Source: the human T2T-CHM13v2.0 reference genome, Homo sapiens
Assembly: GCF_009914755.1 (NCBI RefSeq)
Contig: NC_060948.1
Strand: one strand, 5' to 3'
DNA: 64,000 nt
Below are positions 56,987 through 64,000 of the stretch, in pieces (within the stretch, counting starts at the first letter, position 1; each line of letters begins with the position of its first letter). Both the position numbers and the translations under genes were made by a program. Under the pieces are notes generated by a model that was given only the letters and a program-made list of their open reading frames with translations, was not told the DNA's origin and ran no database searches.

Positions 56987-59900
56987 AATGGAGTGGAATA
57001 GACTAGAGTGGAATGGAATGGACTGGAAAGCAATGGACTGGAATGGAACTTTCTTGAATGGACTGGAATCAAACGGAATGGAATGCAATGCAATCAAATG
57101 GCATGGAATAAAATAGAATGAAAGAGAATCAAATGGAATTGAATCGAATGGAATCGAATGGATTGGAAAGGAATAGAATGGAATGGAATGGAATTGACTC
57201 AAATGGAATGGACTAGAATGGAATGGATTCGAATGGAAGGCAAAGGAATGGAATCTATTGGAATGGACTGTAATGGAATGGAATGGAAGGGATTGGAATG
57301 GACTCGAATGGAATGGACTGCAATAGAAAGGATTCGAATGGAATGAAAAAGAATTGAACGGAATAGAACAGAATGGAATCAAATCGAATGAAATGGAATG
57401 GAATAGAAAGGAATGGAATGAAATGGAATGGAAAGGATTCGAATGGAATGCAATCGAATGGAATGGAATCGAACGGAATGGAATAAAATGGAAGAAAACT
57501 GGCAAGAAATGGAATCGAAATGAATGGAGTGTTATGGAACGGACTCAAAAGGAATTGAATGTAATAGAATGGAGTGGAGTGGACTCGAATATAATGGACT
57601 GGAATGGAATGAAATCACATGGAATGGGAACGAATGGAATGGAATGGAAAGGAATGGAATCGAATGGAAAGGAATCGAATGGAAGGGAATGAAATTGAAT
57701 CAACAGGAATAGAAGGGAATAGAATAGACGGTAATGGAATGGACTCGAATAGAATGGACACGAATGCTCAAATTGAATGGACTCCAATGGAATGGAAACG
57801 AAAGGAATGTCATCGAATAGAATTGAATCGATTGGAATGAAATCGCAAGAATGGAGTGGAATCAAATGGAATTGAATCGAAAGGAAAGGAAGCGAATGGA
57901 CTGAAATGAAATGGAATGGAATTGAATGGAAAGTAATGCAATGGAATAGAATGGAACGAAATTTCACGGAATGGAATCAAACTGAAAGGAATCAAATCAA
58001 TGGAATCTAATCAAATGGAATGGAAAGGAATTGAATGGAGTAGATTGGATTGGATGGGATTCTAGTGAAATGTACTGGAAAGGACTCGAATTTCATGAAA
58101 CGGAATGGAATGAATTGGAACGGAATGGACTCGAATGGAATGGAATGTCATGGAATGGCATCAAATGGAATGGCATCAAATGGAATGGAATCGAATGCAA
58201 TGGAATGCTATGGAATGGAATGGAATGCATTGGAATGGAATGTCCTCTAATGGAATGGATTCGAGTGGAATGGAATCAAATATAATGGAGTCGAATGAAA
58301 TGGAATTGAAAGGAATGGGATCGAATGCAATGGAATATACTGGAATGTAATGTAATGAACTCGAATGTAATTGACTGGAATGGAATGTACATGAATGGAA
58401 TGTAATCGAATGGAAAGTAATCCAATGGAATAGAATCTAATGCAATAAAATCGACTCAGATAGAGTAGAATGTAATGGAATGGAGTGCAGTACAATGGAA
58501 TGGAATGGAATGCAATGGAATGGAATGGAATGGAATGGAATGGAATGGAATGGAATGGGATGGAATGGGATGGAATGGATAGTAATGGACTGGAGTGAAA
58601 TGGACTGGAAAGGAATGGACTCAAATTGAAAGGGCTCGAAAGGAATGGAGTCAAATGGAATGGTCTGGAATGGAATGAACACGAATGTAATGCAATCCAA
58701 TAGAATGGAATCGAATGGCATGGAATATAAAGAAATGGAATCGAAGAGAATGGAAACAAATGGAATGGAATTGAATGGAATGGAATTGAATGGAATGGGA
58801 ACGAATGGAGTGAAATTGTATGCAGTAGAAGGGAATAGAATGGAATGCAAGCGAAAGGAAAGGAATGGATTGGAATGGAATGGAATTCATTGGAATGGAA
58901 GGGAATGTAGTGAAATGGACAGGCCTGGAATAAAGTGGAATGCTACGGTCTCGAATGGAATAAAAATGTATGGAATGGAATGCAATGAAACGGAATCGAA
59001 TGTCATAGAATGTAATGGAATGCAACAAAATGGAATCCAAAATCATTGACTGGAAAGGCTGGGTGTCGAAAGGAATTGACTCCAATGGAATGGAATCGAA
59101 TGGAATGGAAGTGAATAGAATCGAACTAAATCGAATGGAATGGAATTGATAGGAACGGAATGGAAAGGAATGCAATGATTTGGCATGGAATGGAATCGAA
59201 TGGCATCGAATGGAATGGAATGGAATGCAATGGAATGGAATGTATTAGAATGTAATGAACTTTAATGGAATGTACTCGAATGGATTCGACTGGAATGGAA
59301 TGTTCTGGAAGTGAATGGACTCCAATGGAATGGATTCCAAAGGAATGGAATCGTACGGAATGGAATCTAATGGAATGGAATTAAATGGAAATGAATCAAA
59401 TTGAATAGCACGGAATTGAATTGAATGGAATGGAATGCAATGGAATCTAATGAAACGGAAAGGAAAGGAATGGAATGGAATGGAATGGACTGGAATGGAA
59501 AGGAATCGAAACGAATGGAATGGAATCGAACTGAAGAGACTGGAATGGAATGCACTGGAATGGAAGGGAGTGTAATGGAAGGTTCTCGAAAAAAATGGAA
59601 TCGAATGGAATGGAATTGAATGGAACGGAATAGAGTCGAATGGAATTGAATGGAATGGAATGGACTAGAGTGAAATGGAATCGAACCACAAGGAATGGAC
59701 AGGAATAGAATGGTCTCGAATTGAATGGAATCGTATGGAATGGCATCAAACGGAATGGAATGGACAGCCACGGAATGGAATGCACTCGAATGCAATGGAG
59801 TCGAAACTAATGGACTGGAATAGAATGGACTCGAATGGTACGGACTCCAATGGAATGGAATCGAATGGAAGGGAATCGAACGGAATGGACTCGAAGGGAA

Positions 59901-60544
59901 AAGACTGCAATGGAAAGGTCTCGAATGGAATGGAAATTAATGGAATGGAATGGAATCGAATGAAAAGGAGTCAAAAGGAATGGAATCGAATGGCAAGAAA
60001 TCGAATGTAATGGAATCGCAAGGAATTGATGTGAACGGAACGGAATGGAATGGAATCCAAAGGAATGGAATAGAATGGAATGGAATCGAATGGAAAGGAC
60101 TCGAATGGAAATCACTCGAATAGAATGCAATTTAATAAAATAGGATCAAATGTAATGGAATGGAATGGAAAGGAATCGAAACGAAAGGAATGGAGACAGA
60201 TGGAATGGAATGGAACAGAGAGCAATGGTATAGAATGGAATGGAATCATCTGGAATGGAATTGAATGGAATGGAATAATATGAAATGGAATGGAATGGAA
60301 TGGAATGGAATGCCCTTGAATTAAATGGACTGGAATGGAATGGACTCGAACAGAGTGGAATGGAAAGTGTTGAGATAGAATGGAATGGACTCCTTTGGAA
60401 TGGTGTAGTATGCAATGCAATCGACTGGCAGGGAATCAAAAGGAATGTAATGGAATGGATTGGACTGGAATGCAATGGACTCGAATAGATTGGAAACGGA
60501 ATGCAAAGGAATGGAATGGAATAGTATGGAATGGAATGGAAAGG
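56987..60544 (+). repeat. DYZ1 unit U17 (3558 bp)
   Basis: Anchor at 56987 and 60545; CGCAAG deletion at 57844. Confidence 0.93.
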
Positions 60545-63500
60545 AATGGAGTGGAATAGACTAGAGTGGAATGGAATGGACTGGAAAGCCATGGACTGGA
60601 ATGGAACTTTCTTGAATGGACTGGAATCAAACGGAATGGAATGCAATGCAATCAAATGGCATGGAATAAAATAGAATGAAAGAGAATCAAATGGAATTGA
60701 ATCGAATGGAATCGAATGGATTGGAAAGGAATAGAATGGAATGGAATGGAATGGACTAGAATGGAATGGATTCGAATGGAAGGCAAAGGAATGGAATCTA
60801 TTGGAATGGACTGTAATGGAATGGAATGGAAGGGATTGGAATGGACTCGAATGGAATGGACTGCAATAGAAAGGATTCGAATGGAATGAAAAAGAATTGA
60901 ATGGAATAGAACAGAATGGAATCAAATCGAATGAAATGGAATGGAATAGAAAGGAATGGAATGAAATGGAATGGAAAGGATTCGAATGGAATGCAATCGA
61001 ATGGAATGGAATCGAACGGAATGGAATAAAATGGAAGAAAACTGGCAAGAAATGGAATCGAAATGAATGGAGTGTTATGGAACGGACTCAAAAGGAATTG
61101 AATGTAATAGAATGGAGTGTAGTGGATTCGAATATAATGGACTGGAATGGAATGAAATCACATGGAATGGGAACGAATGGAATGGAATGGAAAGGAATGG
61201 AATCGAATGGAAAGGAATCGAATGGAAGGGAATGAAATTGAATCAACAGGAATGGAAGGGAATAGAATAGACGGTAATGGAATGGACTCGAATAGAATGG
61301 ACACGAATGCTCAAATTGAATGGACTCGAGTGGAATGGAAACGAAAGGAATGTCATCGAATGGAATTGAATCGATTGGAATGAAATCGCATAGAATGGAG
61401 TGGAATCAAATGGAATTGAATCGAAAGGAAAGGAAGCGAATGGACTGAAATGAAATGGAATGGAATTGAATGGAAAGTAATGCAATGGAATAGAATGGAA
61501 CGAAATTTCACGGAATGGAATCAAACTGAATGGAATCAAATCAATGGAATCAAATCAAATGGAATGGAAAGGAATTGAATGGAGTAGATTGGATTGGATG
61601 GGATTGGAATGAAATGTACTGGAAAGGACTCGAATTTCATGAAACGGAATGGAATGAATTGGAACGGAATGGACTCGAATGGAATGGAATGTCATGGAAT
61701 GGCATCAAATGGAATGGCATCAAATGGAATGGAATCGAATGCAATGGAATGCTATGGAATGGAATGGAATGCATTGGAATGGAATGTCCTCTAATGGAAT
61801 GGATTCGAGTGGAATGGAATCGAATATAATGGAGTCGAATGAAATGGAATTGAAAGCAGTGGGATCGAATACAATGGAATATACTGGAATGTAATGTAAT
61901 GAACTCGAATGTAATTGACTGGAATGGAATGTACATGAATGGAATGTAATCGAATGGAAAGTAATCCAATGGAATAGAATCTAATGCAATAAAACCGACT
62001 CAGATAGAGTAGAATGTAATGGAATGGAGTGCAGTGCAATGGAATGGAATGGAATGGAATGCAATGGAATGGAATGGAATGGAATGGAATGGAATGGAAT
62101 GGAATGGAATGGGATGGAATGGGATGGAATGGATAGTAATGGACTGGAGTGAAATGGACTGGAAAGGAATGGACTCAAATTGAAAGGGCTCGAAAGGAAT
62201 GGAGTCAAATGGAATGGTCTGGAATGGAATGAACACGAATGTAATGCAATCCAATAGAATGGAATCGAATGGCATGGAATATAAAGAAATGGAATCGAAG
62301 AGAATGGAAACAAATGGAATGGAATTGAATGGAATGGGAACGAATGGAGTGAAATTGTATGCAGTAGAAGGGAATAGAATGGAATGCAAGCGAAAGGAAA
62401 GGAATGGATTGGAATGGAATGGAATTCATTGGAATGGAAGGGAATGTAGTGTAATGGACAGGCCTGGAATAAAGTGGAATGCTACGGTCTCGAATGGAAT
62501 AAAAATGTATGGAATGGAATGCAAAGAAACGGAGTCGAATGTCATAGAATGTAATGGAATGCAAAAAAATGGAATCCAAAATCATTGACTGGAAAGGCTG
62601 GGTGTCGAAAGGAATTGACTCCAATGGAATGGAATCGAATGGAATGGAAGTGAATAGAATCGAACTAAATCGAATGGAATGGAATTGATAGGAACGGAAT
62701 GGAAAGGAATGCAATGATTTGGCATGGAATGGAATCGAATGGCATCGAATGGAATGGAATGGAATGCAATGGAATGGAATGTATTAGAATGTAATGAACT
62801 TTAATGGAATGTACTCGAATGGATTCGACTGGAATGGAATGTTCTGGAAGTGAATGGACTCCAATGGAATGGATTCAAAAGGAATGGAATCGTACGGAAT
62901 GGAATCTAATGGAATGGAATTAAATGGAAATGAATCAAATTGAATAGCACGGAATTGAATTGAATGGAATGGAATGCAATGGAATCTAATGAAACGGAAA
63001 GGAAAGGAATGGAATGGAATGGAATGGGCTGGAATGGAAAGGAATCGAAACGAATGGAATGGAATCGAACTGAAGAGACTGGAATGGAATGCACTGGAAT
63101 GGAAGGGAGTGTAATGGAAGGTTCTCGAAAAAAATGGAATGGAATGGAATGGAATTGAATGGAACGGAATAGAGTCGAATGGAATTGAATGGAATGGAAT
63201 GGACTAGAGTGAAATGGAATCGAACCGCAAGGAATGGACAGGAATAGAATGGTCTCGAATTGAATGGAATCGTATGGAATGGCATCAAACGGAATGGAAT
63301 GGACAGCCACGGAATGGAATGCACTCGAATGCAATGGAGTCGAAACTAATGGACTGGAATAGAATGGACTCGACTGGTACGGACTCCAATGGAATGGAAT
63401 CGAATGGAAGGGAATCGAACGGAATGGACTCGAAGGGAAAAGACTGCAATGGAAAGGTCTCGAATGGAATGGAAATTAATGGAATGGAATGGAATCGAAT

Positions 63501-64000
63501 GAAATGGAGTCAAAAGGAATGGAATCGAATGGCAAGAAATCGAATGTAATGGAATCGCAAGGAATTGATGTGAACGGAACGGAATGGAATGGAATCCAAA
63601 GGAATGGAATAGAATGGAATGGAATCGAATGGAAAGGACTCGAATGGAAATCACTCGAATAGAATGCAATTTAATAAAATAGGATCAAATGTAATGGAAT
63701 GGAATGGAAAGGAATCGAAACGAAAGGAATGGAGACAGATGGAATGGAATGGAACAGAGAGCAATGGTATAGAATGGAATGGAATCATCTGGAATGGAAT
63801 TGAATGGAATGGAATAATATGAAATGGAATGGAATGGAATGGAATGGAATGTCCTTGAATTAAATGGACTGGAATGGAATGGACTCGAACAGAGTGGAAT
63901 GGAAAGTGTTGAGATAGAATGCAATGGACTCCTTTGGAATGGTGTAGTATGCAATGCAATCGACTGGCAGGGAATCAAAAGGAATGTAATGGAATGGATT
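60545..64000 (+). repeat. DYZ1 unit U18 (cut off by the window end)
   Basis: Anchor at 60545; 15-bp deletions near 60750 and 62330. Confidence 0.93.

Larger units (their letters stand above)
1..64000 (+). repeat. DYZ1: Human satellite 3 array, DYZ1 type (Yq12 heterochromatin), ~3.56-kb unit, about 18 copies, continuing beyond both window ends
   Basis: Seen: degenerate GGAAT pentamers (CGAAT, GGACT, GCAAT, TGAAT variants) end to end. The landmark ACAGGCCTGGAATAAAG recurs with its GGCC at 1937, 5485, 9044, 12593, 16117, 19661, 23230, (26803 mutated), 30382, 33966, 37534, 41083, 44632, 48204, 51781, 55344, 58922 and 62461, mean spacing ~3560 bp. One GAATTC lies ~39 bp upstream of each. Known: DYZ1 is a ~3.56-kb TTCCA-based unit released by HaeIII or EcoRI. 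Confidence 0.96.

Noticed and set aside
172-63978. Hundreds of MEWNG-type and FHSIP-type ORFs, including resemblance to the SCA31 (TGGAA)n pentapeptide product
   Set aside because: These are the expected translations of the pentamer. There is no domain, codon or gene-structure evidence, and the SCA31 resemblance follows trivially from the shared 5-mer.
1-64000. CRISPR-like or other repeat-spacer system
   Set aside because: There are no unique spacers, palindromic direct repeats or cas genes. The irregular segments recur in every unit.
1-64000. Embedded Alu/L1, DYZ2 (HSat1B) block, alpha satellite or inversion
   Set aside because: Every unit interval is 3524-3599 bp and accounted for by small indels. 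There is no non-pentamer island and no switch to ATTCC on the + strand.
35599-64000. Strict six-unit (21,388-bp) higher-order repeat suggested by the U11/U17 and U12/U18 offsets
   Set aside because: Only some markers follow it. U10 versus U16, and many U12 versus U18 alleles, disagree, so it is reported as mosaic sharing instead.
1-64000. HSat2 or autosomal HSat3 assignment
   Set aside because: The HSat2 CATTCGATTC/ATCATCGAATGG-dominated pattern is not the backbone here. The 3.56-kb period and the primer-site matches point to DYZ1.

Overview
The whole 64 kb is one uninterrupted, head-to-tail array of human satellite 3, with (GGAAT)n-derived pentamers on the + strand throughout. It is organised as a ~3.56-kb repeat that matches DYZ1, the Yq12 heterochromatin satellite. 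The evidence is the unit length, one HaeIII and one EcoRI site per unit, and exact matches to the DYZ1 sexing primers as I recall them. Anchoring on the first bases of the window gives 17 complete units (U1-U17, 3524-3599 bp) and a nearly complete U18. I see no protein-coding gene, RNA gene, mobile element, CRISPR array, inversion or DYZ2 block. All listed ORFs are translations of the pentamer. I do not see a new biological system. The informative signal is internal to the array: three perfect heat-shock elements per unit, a subfamily boundary near 20.1 kb, two interleaved unit haplotypes, a very recent one-unit duplication, two slippage-prone pure GGAAT tracts, and strong preservation of pentamer phase. 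All variant calls and counts were made by eye and need confirming by alignment.
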